Positions 22,568 to 32,669 of a stretch of 64,000 nt of DNA are shown here, piece by piece. The stretch is from Licmophora abbreviata (lineage: Eukaryota). The stretch lies in the NCBI GenBank assembly GCA_900291995.1, contig OLMU01003345.1, forward strand, positions 1 to 64,000, given 5' to 3'. The notes beneath the pieces were generated by a model. It had not been told where the DNA came from, ran no database searches, and was given only the letters and a program-made list of their open reading frames with translations. The translations under genes and the position numbers were made by a program. Each line of letters begins with the position of its first letter. Positions within the stretch are counted from its first letter, which is position 1.

Positions 22568-24831
22568 TTACGGGTCGTCAACACCCACTTCGGCTCCAGA
22601 TCGAGCTCCACGACGTCCACAGCAGAGACAGGCACAACAATCGAAGACACAGCGAGCCACGCTGACGACGAGGCAGAAGGCCACTGCATACACGGCGTAC
22701 CGAATCCATGCAGCATACCCGATGCCCAAGAATTTCTTCTGCAAGAACAGAATCTCCTCGAGCTCGGGACCAGTGTTAATGTAAATGTTGTACTGGGCGT
22801 GGAAGCATTCACGGTTCACCGACGACACAACTGTGTCGTGGTCGGGCAAAACCACGTATGTCTGCTCGGCGACATCCATGCACTCGCCACTGACGCCATC
22901 GTAGCGGTTGATCCCATCGTACGCGTCCAAGACAACCATGCCGACACTCTGCTGGTAGTATGGGCGAAACAGCAAATTCTCCAGGATGAGTTTGACGTTG
23001 TCTGGTTCTGCAAGGAATGTCAACTGCACAAGAGAAAAGCGAGATCGACCAAAGGCGCGTGAGTATCAACAAACATGGAGTTTAAAAGTACCTGAAAGAC
23101 GGTCACATATCAAAACCTACCAACTTGTCTTCAACTCCCATTCCCTGGCACTGCCAGGCGCGATCCAAGTTAAGCGGACAAGTACGCGCCAGGTATTCGT
23201 ACTGTGGATCGAGCTGGACAGTGCCATTGACGCCGGAGACAGTCACGCGAACCCAGTTGACGTTCCAGTCCTTGTCGACAAGGTCAATTCCCTCGATTGC
23301 AGTGGCCGGAAGAGGCTCGTCAACTGTAGGTGCAGTCTGATTGACGGTGTAAGGAGCCTTCCAGGTCGGCGCATGGTTGACGTTGCGGATATTGACCATT
23401 TGGGTGGCAGGTTCCGTGACACCAAGGACCTCGTTGGTTTCGCGATCGACAGCGACGAGGCGAAAGCTGAACGAATCCGGAGCAGGCAGCTCCTCCAGTA
23501 AATCACCATTCGCACGCTTGTTGGGGACTGTAAAGAACTCGTTCGTGTCACTCTTGTAGCGAAGACTCGTACGAGCTTCTCCAAGTTTCACCATGAGGCG
23601 TGATCCAACAGTGATGGATTCGCCATCGGGCTTCAGCGGCAAAAGCTTACCACGCGTCGGTTCCGACATGATCTCCACGTACGTGATCCAATCATCCGGA
23701 ACAGTCTCGTCAGCTCCGAGAGGCAATGCACCAAACTCAGTGCCGTCTTGCTCAAGGGTCACGTTGTTCCACGGCGTGGCGATCATGTAGTCGCGAATGG
23801 ATTTCTCGATAATGCCTCGAATACGGGCATTTCCAGACTCATACGCGGCCACGACTTGTGGCTCACGAAGAGGAGAATCATAGATGCTGACGGAATGGAT
23901 CGTTCCAGGGAAGAAGCGGTGCGGACCATTGGCATAGGCGCGAGTCTGCGACCACTCTGAGAAGAGGTGCAGCGCATACGACGAGTCCCACTCGGCCAGC
24001 TGAGGTTCAAAGCGAGAGTTACGCGTATGAATAATCTTCTGACCATCTACGAAGAGCTGCAAGTCACTGCCAGAACGAGCGGAACGACAGAAAGAATGAT
24101 ATGAGAAGAACACGAGACGCAAGACCACCATGTTCGTTGATCATGTCGATGTTGCAGCACGTGACTCACCTCGCACTCTGTGACCAAACAATATGGGTCA
24201 AGCCCGAGAGGTCCGGAGAGGTCACCGAGCGACGGCACGTGTGAGTTTCTTCAAACACGACTGCCGCCTTTGATCCGTGCGTGACAAGCTGCATGTCGTA
24301 CCCGCCAGGAAAAGGCTCGAAGGCGCCGCACTTGTCGAAACGTGACGCGGAAGCCTCACGAGTCGGCATTCCCACCGTCAGCACGGGAAGACCAGGCAAG
24401 TTCCAGGGCCAAAGCGAGGAACCATCAGGTGCCGAAGTGTTCAGGGGCGGAGTGATCCACGCTTCGACGGTGATGCCAGTGGCTTGGGACGCAACCAAGT
24501 GGTTCTTGAGCTTTCCAACACCATTCTCCGAAGTCATGATAGGAAGCTTGTCAAGGCGCACTGTTTCAAAGCCTTCAAGCGTGGGGTGGATACCGATTCC
24601 CGTCGCAGAACAGGCAAAAGCGTCCCCATGCTTGGGGAGAAGAGCGCCGAGGAACGAACCAGTTCCATGAACGGCTTCCACTGGCTTTCCCGGCACGCAC
24701 AACATATCAAAACGTTCCAAAGGGAGAGGCGGTGTCACTGCGCCATATGCCGACGTGGCAACGGCAATGAGAACGCCAAAAACAACGGAGAAACGCATCG
24801 TCATGGTTTGGATAGTGGTCGCCAAAGACAT
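22568..24831 (-). CDS. Secreted/type-I membrane protein with LamG/ConA-like and Ig/cadherin-like regions
   Basis: Exons 24831-24170, 24066-23121 and 23023-22568 (frame-consistent GT-AG introns). Signal peptide; LamG-like strands (GITVEAWI, THIVW, LFVDG, FPGTIHSVSIYD); NVNHAP linker; C-terminal TM helix followed by CVFDCCACLCC. Confidence 0.72.
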
Positions 24832-25081
24832 GAAGTGGAAAAAGTGAGAAACTCAATGAGGAAAGAACGCAGAACTCCGGGTTATCTGCACTCCAGCACC
24901 TCTGATGATCAGTCCAAACTCGTCATTTCTCCAGTCCCGCTTTACCTCAGGTGACGTCATAGGCATGAATCTGTCCAAACATGTCATCTATGGCTTGTTT
25001 GGCGCGCACCTCCATTTGAAAGAGACTTCGGCCACACTTTCTTGTCTCTGTCATCCTTGCATCAAGCGATCACTGTTCACC

Positions 25082-26164
25082 ATGCTTTCCTCGCTTCGCC
25101 TCGTTAACGCGTCGAACAAGAGCGGTTCCGCTTCTGCGGTCGCTCAGCATGGAGATACCAAAACGAAGACAGCTGGGAACCAGTCGCGTGGATGGGCGTC
25201 CAAACTCTTTTGCGTTTCGCGCACCTCCAGAGAGAAGCACCTCCTCAAGGCGACTGAGAAGCTTATCGCGGTCCCGTTGCTCGACACCAAGTATGAGCTA
25301 CTCCACCTCTCTTTGGACCATGGTGCTTCGCCCAATAAAGTCCCCGCCCTCACGACAAGCTTCGCGACGTCTCTCGATGAGCTGAGTGTCGCCGACTCCC
25401 TTCCGTCCAGCGGTTCTATGAAAGACACCGCGGAACCCATTCCCTCAGACCCCGCACTCACGGCAAGCTTCGCCATGTCGCTCGATGAGCTGAGTGTCGC
25501 GGAATCCCTCCCGTCTGGCGATTCCGTGAAAGGCATGGCGGAAACCAATCAACCAGAGATGGATTCGGTGTCCGACAGTTCGCTTTTGTCGGTATATGAG
25601 TTTCTTCCCTCCGGAAAGCTCGTAGTTCGTCGCTCTGGTGGGGTCGAAAAGTACGGCGAAGCGAGCTCTGGTGTGTTATCCTCCGAGCCATCCATCACAC
25701 CGACGGACGAGCTTGATGCAAAAGAATTGCTGATTCGCTTGAAGAGCTACCAGTGCGAGGAACGCGCCAGCTCTGTGCAGAGTCCGTGGGAATTGATCGG
25801 CGAACCGCCCTTGTCTATCACGTTCGTCAAGCGAGGCGGCGGTGGCCACTCCCCTGCGTCGTCGTTGAGCTCCTTCACATCTGACGACGAAAATTCTTTC
25901 GCCTCGTCTTGGAGCTTCTTCAAGTCTGATAACAAAGCCGCGCATATCCCATCTTCGGATTTCTTCAATTCCGAGGACAAGGACTCTCTTGACTCGTGGT
26001 CGAGTTTCTTCACGTCTGACGACGACGATTGGTTTGCATCTTCACTCAGCGACCTCACGCTCGATGATTGGCGACAGCAGTGGCGAGGCGGAGTCGCCCC
26101 TTCTTCCTCTTCCAATAATCCAAACCCACTTGGACGAGGAGGGAAACCTTGTCGACGTCTTTGA
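25082..26164 (+). CDS. Hypothetical Ser/Asp-rich protein with internal repeats
   Basis: Open frame from the ATG at 25082 (MLSSLRL). Contains a duplicated 36-aa unit and repeated S-F-x-S-D motifs. Confidence 0.6.
   Translation: MLSSLRLVNASNKSGSASAVAQHGDTKTKTAGNQSRGWASKLFCVSRTSREKHLLKATEKLIAVPLLDTKYELLHLSLDHGASPNKVPALTTSFATSLDELSVADSLPSSGSMKDTAEPIPSDPALTASFAMSLDELSVAESLPSGDSVKGMAETNQPEMDSVSDSSLLSVYEFLPSGKLVVRRSGGVEKYGEASSGVLSSEPSITPTDELDAKELLIRLKSYQCEERASSVQSPWELIGEPPLSITFVKRGGGGHSPASSLSSFTSDDENSFASSWSFFKSDNKAAHIPSSDFFNSEDKDSLDSWSSFFTSDDDDWFASSLSDLTLDDWRQQWRGGVAPSSSSNNPNPLGRGGKPCRRL
25343..25546 (+). repeat. Intragenic tandem duplication, 108-bp period, 2 copies (PALTxSFAxSLDELSVAxSLPS)
   Basis: cccgccctcacgacaagcttcgc at 25343 is mirrored by cccgcactcacggcaagcttcgc at 25451. 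Confidence 0.85.
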
Positions 26165-26560
26165 AGTCTAAGGGAGTCGAGTCGAGTTGTCAAGGATGAG
26201 AAACCTTGTATCTGGGGAGTCACGCATACCCTTTGCGTGGCTGTTGGTGAGACAAGAGAGAAGATTAATCCCTTGAGCAAGCAATACCAATTAAAAATAT
26301 AAACATGGCAAGGTAAAAATGTCGTAGAATCTTACCAGCCTCGAAGCTCGTGGAGCTCATCAATTTGTATGAAAGAGATGATGACAGTCGGCTTGCCGTC
26401 ACCATATGCTCCAGCGGCTCACAATGATACTGATAGAAACAAACGCACCTTCGCTGTCTCCTCCATTGCGTCATGAGCAGTCATAGGAATAGCGAGCACT
26501 TCGTGTACCATGTAGTTGAGCGTCGACGACGTGCCCAGTCACGAAAGCGCTTCTGTTCGT

Positions 26561-27964
26561 CTACAGCGCTCGAAGCAAAGCCTCCGTGTCCTCCTCATTG
26601 TCGCTATCTGCCGGTTTTGCCGTAGTGGAACTCTTTTCATTTTCGAGAAACGCTTCCACTCGCACAGCCCCTCCTCCGGCATATTTCCAGTCCTTCAGCC
26701 ACATTGACCAATTCGGTCCCGTGCGGCTCGCTGCAACAGTGAAATTCACGACTTTTCCGACAATTGCTGCAGTCATAGCTCTTGTCATGGAAGCTCTCAT
26801 GTCTGTACTGATATGCATGATTTCCTCCATCGCTTCAAACGACCACTCCAGAACTTCGCAGTCTGTCTCGGCTCGAACGGAGTAAAGCGCCCCTTTCGTA
26901 AGCATCGCCTTTGTGTGCTCTTCAGGCTGTTTCTTCATCTCGTTCATCCAAAAGGTTTCAAGGAATGCCATCTCTCCAATAAAAGCCCCCGAATCACCTC
27001 CTCGCCGGTAGTCGCGGTTTCCCGCCGTACTGCTTGCGGCAGTCAAACGTCGTCCTCCCATATCTTGTGCTTTTGTTCTTCCGTTGACAACCAAATAGAC
27101 ACTTCTGATGGGAACACCTTGTTCGACAATGAGACCGCCTTTTGGAATTACCCGATTGGCACCTCTAGAAATAGCCTTTTGAAACTGTTTCGGAGTGCAG
27201 CCGTGTGGCATGAAGTGTTCGACATAAATGGCTTCTTCGTGATCTTTCAATTTAACCCGCGACTTTCTTTCGTCGAGGATTTTGAGAATGTTAAATGTGT
27301 TCACCGAGGCAAATGTCATGCTCCATAATACAGGAGGCCATCGAATGCCAACCGCAGGATTCCGAAGTCCATTCAGTACTTCAAAACAGACAGAGCAGGT
27401 GCTGCCGGTCGTGCTCAGTACTCGCAGGTCCAGGACATCAGATCGAGTGAAACCAACCAGAGTGCAAATGGAGCCGAAATTCAAAATCAACACTGCCCCA
27501 TTTTGACGCATCCATGCCTTCCACCGTTCAAAAAATGAATAACTCCAATGTCTCTGTTGACGACTCATCAGCATTGACGCCGAACCTGCAGCCGCCTGTG
27601 AGGAAGACTCGGTGCCCCCCTCCACGACGGTCTTGTGCGCGACGTCCACCTTGGGGAGCGATGCCTTACTACCAATCGCAGAACCACTCGCTACGTTCTC
27701 AAAAGGCCGGGGCATGACTCCTGGTCCTGCTGGAGGAAGCTTCGGAACGGAGGGAGTCAGCGGCGCTGGCGGTATAACTTTCAAGCGTACAAAGTTTCCT
27801 TTGATAATGGCTCGTTTGTATTTTTGTTTGGGATTTCTCCGTTGTCTACCGGGAGCAAATGCTCGTTGGAAAGCTCGATTAATTGACTGCAGAGAGGACA
27901 GGAGAGCGTTATCTGGTGGCCTGGCGGCCTTGTAGAAGACTTGTGTGCGACGAAAGGCGGACAT
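26561..27964 (-). CDS. Popeye-domain / cyclic-nucleotide-binding membrane protein
   Basis: TM segment LNFGSICTLVGFTRSDVLDLRVLS...VLWSMTFASVN, then IYVEHF..GCTPKQF, then a cNMP-type domain (IVEQG, YLVVNG, FIGEMAFL, VRAETDC..LEW). ATG at 27964. Confidence 0.82.
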   Translation of the reverse strand: MSAFRRTQVFYKAARPPDNALLSSLQSINRAFQRAFAPGRQRRNPKQKYKRAIIKGNFVRLKVIPPAPLTPSVPKLPPAGPGVMPRPFENVASGSAIGSKASLPKVDVAHKTVVEGGTESSSQAAAGSASMLMSRQQRHWSYSFFERWKAWMRQNGAVLILNFGSICTLVGFTRSDVLDLRVLSTTGSTCSVCFEVLNGLRNPAVGIRWPPVLWSMTFASVNTFNILKILDERKSRVKLKDHEEAIYVEHFMPHGCTPKQFQKAISRGANRVIPKGGLIVEQGVPIRSVYLVVNGRTKAQDMGGRRLTAASSTAGNRDYRRGGDSGAFIGEMAFLETFWMNEMKKQPEEHTKAMLTKGALYSVRAETDCEVLEWSFEAMEEIMHISTDMRASMTRAMTAAIVGKVVNFTVAASRTGPNWSMWLKDWKYAGGGAVRVEAFLENEKSSTTAKPADSDNEEDTEALLRAL

Positions 27965-28434
27965 GAAGAATATCGATTTTGTGTGAGCTGAGAATTCCGA
28001 AGGATTGCGGCAATCAACGTGATGAATTTGGGTTTCAAATCGAAATCTTGGGGGTGCTCTATTCAGAAATTCAACCAAGCAATATCCCAATGATGCTCGC
28101 GGCGGTGTTCACGAGGCACGTGGAGCACGACAACGTGTACTGCTGTGGCCATGACGAGATGCAGAATGTGAAAGCAATGAAGGCGGGCCCCCGCGCGTTT
28201 GAAGTTGAGGAGGCAACGGCTACACCCGACTCCCTCGACTCAACGACGGAGCTTGCGATACACTTTCTAAACGCGGCCTAAAAAAGGTCGAGACAACTCG
28301 ATCGTACTTGTATCATACCTGGCATGGACATGATGACATCCTTGATCCCTGGACCTTTTCTACGATGGTGAAGACAGAACAAAGCAACGAGGGCAAAACG
28401 ATACGACAGGACAATATACAGACAAATGAGTGAA

Positions 28435-29568
28435 CTACCAGTACAATATTTTACAGTCAATTGTCTGTTCGCCGACTCTACCACCTTCCATATTATGTCC
28501 ATCCAGGTCGCCCGAAGAAGCAACCGTAGATGGACCCAAGCGTCGACTTGTCTCTGATGTTGGACCTGATGTGTGCTGCCGCGAGCTAGCCCTTTCTGTA
28601 TCGACACGACCGGTCATGGCCGTCCAGAACGCCCACAGCCGACGCCTCGACGGATTCACCGTCCTCAGTCTTAGATGACGAGGGCGGACGAAGATGAGAC
28701 AGTTGACAGCGCCTCGTAAGGGTAAAAGATATTCGACAACATCAGGACTGGATACATGTTCAGAATCATGTCGTATCTACCACGCGCCACGACTATCATT
28801 GACACCAGAGACAAAAAGAAGGTATTGACAAAGGCGAGACCATTCAAATGCAACTGCGTCTCCACCATGCGCTCCATGTCGGATGAAGCATTCGTCATGG
28901 ATCGATGTGCAGTTTTGGCGATCGATTGTTTTTCGAACCTTCCAGTATACACGAAAAATGGAAAGATAAAACACAACCATGCCAACGAGGATTGGCGCCA
29001 CCAGCAAGGCCCATGTGACAGATGAAGCGTTATTGCCTCCTCTTTGACATTCCAGAAAGGGTGTCGACTGGCATCCCGGTGGGCAAGCAGAGATACCACA
29101 AAGAACCCCCGTCCAATTGTACATTTCAAGCGGAACCAGAACGATGGAAAACGCAAAGGGCAGCACGAATGACATTGCCTGCAAGCACGGCTACCAGCAC
29201 TTTTGCGAATTGCTGAGGTTTCATGCCTCGACAGATCGTCAGTTTGAAGTAAACCATGAGAGATATGGCATATGCAACATTGACCAAGAGGCCGTACTCC
29301 AGAAAGAATCCCTGAGCGGTGCACGTGGCCTGATTTCCTTGGCCCTCCCTCATTTCCGAGGGGGCCGGTAGTGAGCCAAGAGACATCAAAAACGAGGTGA
29401 TCATGTCAAAGACGCTCAATGTAAACAGGAGACAATCATAGCTTGTGGAAAGTTTAGACTTCGGAAAAGAATCAAGAAGATGATACAGGAAGAGCCCAGA
29501 ATGGACAAGGGTGCCGTAAAGTGCGGGATCGTCGACAAGACATCACTTTGAGTCTCCGAAAACACCAT
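28435..29568 (-). pseudogene. Degraded 7TM GPCR (cAMP-receptor-like/Git3-type) pseudogene
   Basis: Consecutive fragments in changing frames: APLSILGSSCII / KLST..LLFTLSVFD..QGNQATCTAQGFF / PLEMYN..CQRGGN..VYWKVR / VETQLHLNGLAF..SNIFYP / LRGAVNCLIFVRPR. Frameshifts near 29460, 29200, 28930 and 28722, plus a TAG at 29193-29191. Confidence 0.85.
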
Positions 29569-30100
29569 GATGCTTCGTCGTCAAGCAAGGAGACTCTCGT
29601 GTCTTCGTTCTATTTTTCCTGCACTGGCATGAGAAATCAGCTCGAGCAACTTGGGGGTGAAGCAGAAAGAGTAGAATAGAACTGCAGCTCTCTTATGGTA
29701 AACCACCATGGGCAGAGCAATCTACCGGTGCTTTGTGGTCTGCGCCGCCGGAATCTTCGCCGAATGAGCAGAAAGCTGGGAGGGATTTGGACTCATTCGA
29801 CTCGTACGTGACTGTAACGTAAAAAACACTTCAGCGCTCGTACGAAAGTGTTTAATTATTGATGATTGAGAAGGGACGATCTATAAACGTTGGAGAGTTC
29901 TGTGCCCAAGACCAACAGTGAGCCTGTGTGAACTTTTCGAAAGATACTACGAACCTGTACCTCGCCGCGATGATGCCTCATGCCTCGCATAGTGCCACAG
30001 GGCCACTCTTCGACACGACGCCATTGGAGTGGATTGAGGGTCCGAGTCTATCTATGCAACAGTCCTGAAATTTTGCCTTGCTCTTCCCTTTTGAGCCACA

Positions 30101-31158
30101 ATGACGGACACCGAAACCAACAGGAGCAAGAGTCAAGAGGAGGTGCTCGAGGAGGCGTCCACTGTCGCAGCGAAGGACGAGCGAGTCTCGGTCGGGCTCT
30201 CGGTCGTCTCCAAACAGTACGATCGAGGCAACAAGGGATATCTCGATGAGGATGAAGAAGCACTCCGTCGCATGGATTCTCAAAACATGGGCCATCTGGA
30301 TGTCAACAAAACGCTCCGCATGTTCCAGGAACTCAAGGAGTCACAAAAACAAAACGTAACGAACCGAAGGATTATTATTGCCTTGACTGTCTTTGCCGTC
30401 CTACTCTCCCTGGCCAACATTGGGACTGCCTTCGCCGCTGCTACCTTGGCCAAGGACTCGGAAGTCCAGTCGGATCAGCTCGTTTCCAAAGACACTGGCG
30501 AGCGCTTGACCATTACACCTCGTACGTACTTTGTGAACTTGGATGTGTCAACCGATGAGGACGACCAAGCCACCGTTTCTTCTGGAAACAGCCGAAATCT
30601 CTTCACGAGTCGGATGGACACAATCTCTGCGTACAATGGTTGGCTCGTAGCTAAGTCCCTCTGTACGAATATTCCGCGGCAGTTTCGAATCTCGGATCCC
30701 GACACGTTTGTATGTGAGACGGGTGGTACCGATATTGCCGTTCAGCACTGGTGAGAGTAGACGCGCGCTATAACTCGTTGTCTGCTTTGCATACCTCCTG
30801 ACTCAACGCGTTGCTCACATGCTGTCCCTCGTACCCTTCCTCTTTCTGTTAAAGTGGATACTACACGCACGCGTTCTCCACCGGAGTCCCTACCATTTCA
30901 ACCAATACAAACGGCGGCGGCTTCATTACATTCCACTTTGACGCCTTTCGCGGTCGCTTATTTATCGGTGTGATTGGTTTGAGGTGTAGCTTGTCGAGTA
31001 ACGCAAGGTGCGATGTTGGTAATGTCGACGCAACTACTACGACAGAGCTGTACTGTCAGAATCCATGCCACGACGTTTTGTGCGGTGGCGTTTGGTGGTG
31101 CGATGATGGAGACACGTGTGACTATGAGTCTGGGTGTGATCAATGCAAGGCCGTTTGA
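30101..31158 (+). CDS. EF-hand-like single-TM protein with a Cys-rich C-terminus
   Basis: Exons 30101-30750 and 30855-31158 (TG|T = Cys). EF-hand-like loops YDRGNKGYLDEDE and MDSQNMGHLD; TM IIIALTVFAVLLSLANIGTAFAA. Confidence 0.72.
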
Positions 31159-31472
31159 GTGATAATGAGCCTGACACGGGTCTTTCGAACTGGACTAGTA
31201 AGCTAAGCTAGCAGTGAATGGTGGTAGTAGGGCAGAAAGTGTTGTAGAGAGCTACACTCATGTACTTTTTGTGCTCGTGCAAGGCGGGGGACAGGGACTG
31301 CCTTTTCTGAGGTTGGATCGACTGACTCCTTCGACCCGAACCCTTCCGCTGTCCGCCGCCAATGTTGTCTTGACGGACTTGACGATGATGGCCAGCACAC
31401 ACACCACACACCACTGGGTGGGCGCCGAGGCAAAGGGCCCCATCCTTACAGAGGACGGAAGAGGAGTGCCTC

Positions 31473-32585
31473 ATGATAATGCTGCAGCGGCTGAGCACCC
31501 ACCTTCTCCCCACCATGCGATCTTCAGTCGCTCGCAGACTGTTCTCTACACAGAAGACGAAAGTACCACTGTGCTGGTTGGATCTGCGAGGCTCCGGTCT
31601 CTCCGCACTCGAACGCTTGTGCCTGGAAGAAATCCTGCTGCGACACGACGAACGTGTTTGGAGCATTGTCGGCACTCACGAGCCCACGACGCATCGCTGG
31701 TTGCGACCGAGCGATACGCCCTCCTACATTCACACAGCAGAGAATCCGAATCCATCGTGTATCATAGTCATGGGGCTCGGCGGTAAACCCAACGAACTTT
31801 TGAACATCGAACGTGTCAAGTCCGATGGGGTGCATGTCGTCAAAAGATTCTCGGGAGGTGGAACGGTCGTGCTGGATCATAATTCGATCTGGACAACCAT
31901 CATTGGCCGCACTTTGGATCTTCCTGAGGTGGAAGCCTTTCCGCGTCCCATTATGGAGTACACGGCCGATGCCTTGTTCGGACCGGCATTTCAGAAACTT
32001 GGAGAACAGCGGAGTGAAACTTCTACTAGTGATGACGAGGGACTAGGCCGATCACCGAGAACACTTATACAGACGACCAAGAAGCATCAGTCCACTCTGG
32101 TGGTGGACAGTAAATCATGTAGCGAGACTGAGAACTCGGGTCGTGTCGTTCAAGTTCGTGCCGTCGACAGTAGTGACGACCTCAACGTCACACTCGAGGT
32201 TCCCCACTTTTCCTTGCGCGAAAACGACTACGTCTTGGGACAACACAAGATGGGAGGTAACGCTCAGTCGATTGTCAAGGAGGGCTGGCTACACCATACC
32301 TCATTCTTGTGGGATTTTGAGTCCGCCCATATGGATTACCTCACTCTGCCTTCGAAACGACCCGACTATCGACAGGATCGTCGCCACCAGGACTTTCTAG
32401 TCAAGTTGAGTCAATATTACGAGTCACCGCGGGTGTTTTTCGAGACGTTGCGAGGCGTGTGCCACGACGAGTTTGAGGTAGAGGTAGTGACCGTGCATCA
32501 GGTCATGGCATTGGTGAAAGACAGGGTTGGGGGATTGCAGTCCTGGTTCGAGACAAAGAGTCGAAACAAGTTTGTAAACTTATAG
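31473..32585 (+). CDS. Lipoate-protein ligase A-like (BPL/LplA catalytic domain), probably mitochondrial
   Basis: Motifs LCLEEILLR, KRFSGGGTV, KMGGNAQ, WLHHTSFLWD and PDYRQDRRHQDFL. Arg/Ser-rich presequence. Confidence 0.9.
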   Translation: MIMLQRLSTHLLPTMRSSVARRLFSTQKTKVPLCWLDLRGSGLSALERLCLEEILLRHDERVWSIVGTHEPTTHRWLRPSDTPSYIHTAENPNPSCIIVMGLGGKPNELLNIERVKSDGVHVVKRFSGGGTVVLDHNSIWTTIIGRTLDLPEVEAFPRPIMEYTADALFGPAFQKLGEQRSETSTSDDEGLGRSPRTLIQTTKKHQSTLVVDSKSCSETENSGRVVQVRAVDSSDDLNVTLEVPHFSLRENDYVLGQHKMGGNAQSIVKEGWLHHTSFLWDFESAHMDYLTLPSKRPDYRQDRRHQDFLVKLSQYYESPRVFFETLRGVCHDEFEVEVVTVHQVMALVKDRVGGLQSWFETKSRNKFVNL

Positions 32586-32669
32586 CATATTCAAATAGCA
32601 AGGCAGGGTCTACCGATACTCCATCTATGCCTACCGCAGCGCCTGACTAGTGAGAGGCCGCTTCAGTCA

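Noticed and set aside
30749..30754. TGG-TGA at the end of the 30101 ORF as another Sec codon
   Set aside because: Explained by a GT-AG intron (30751-30854) that restores the frame. No redox motif is present.
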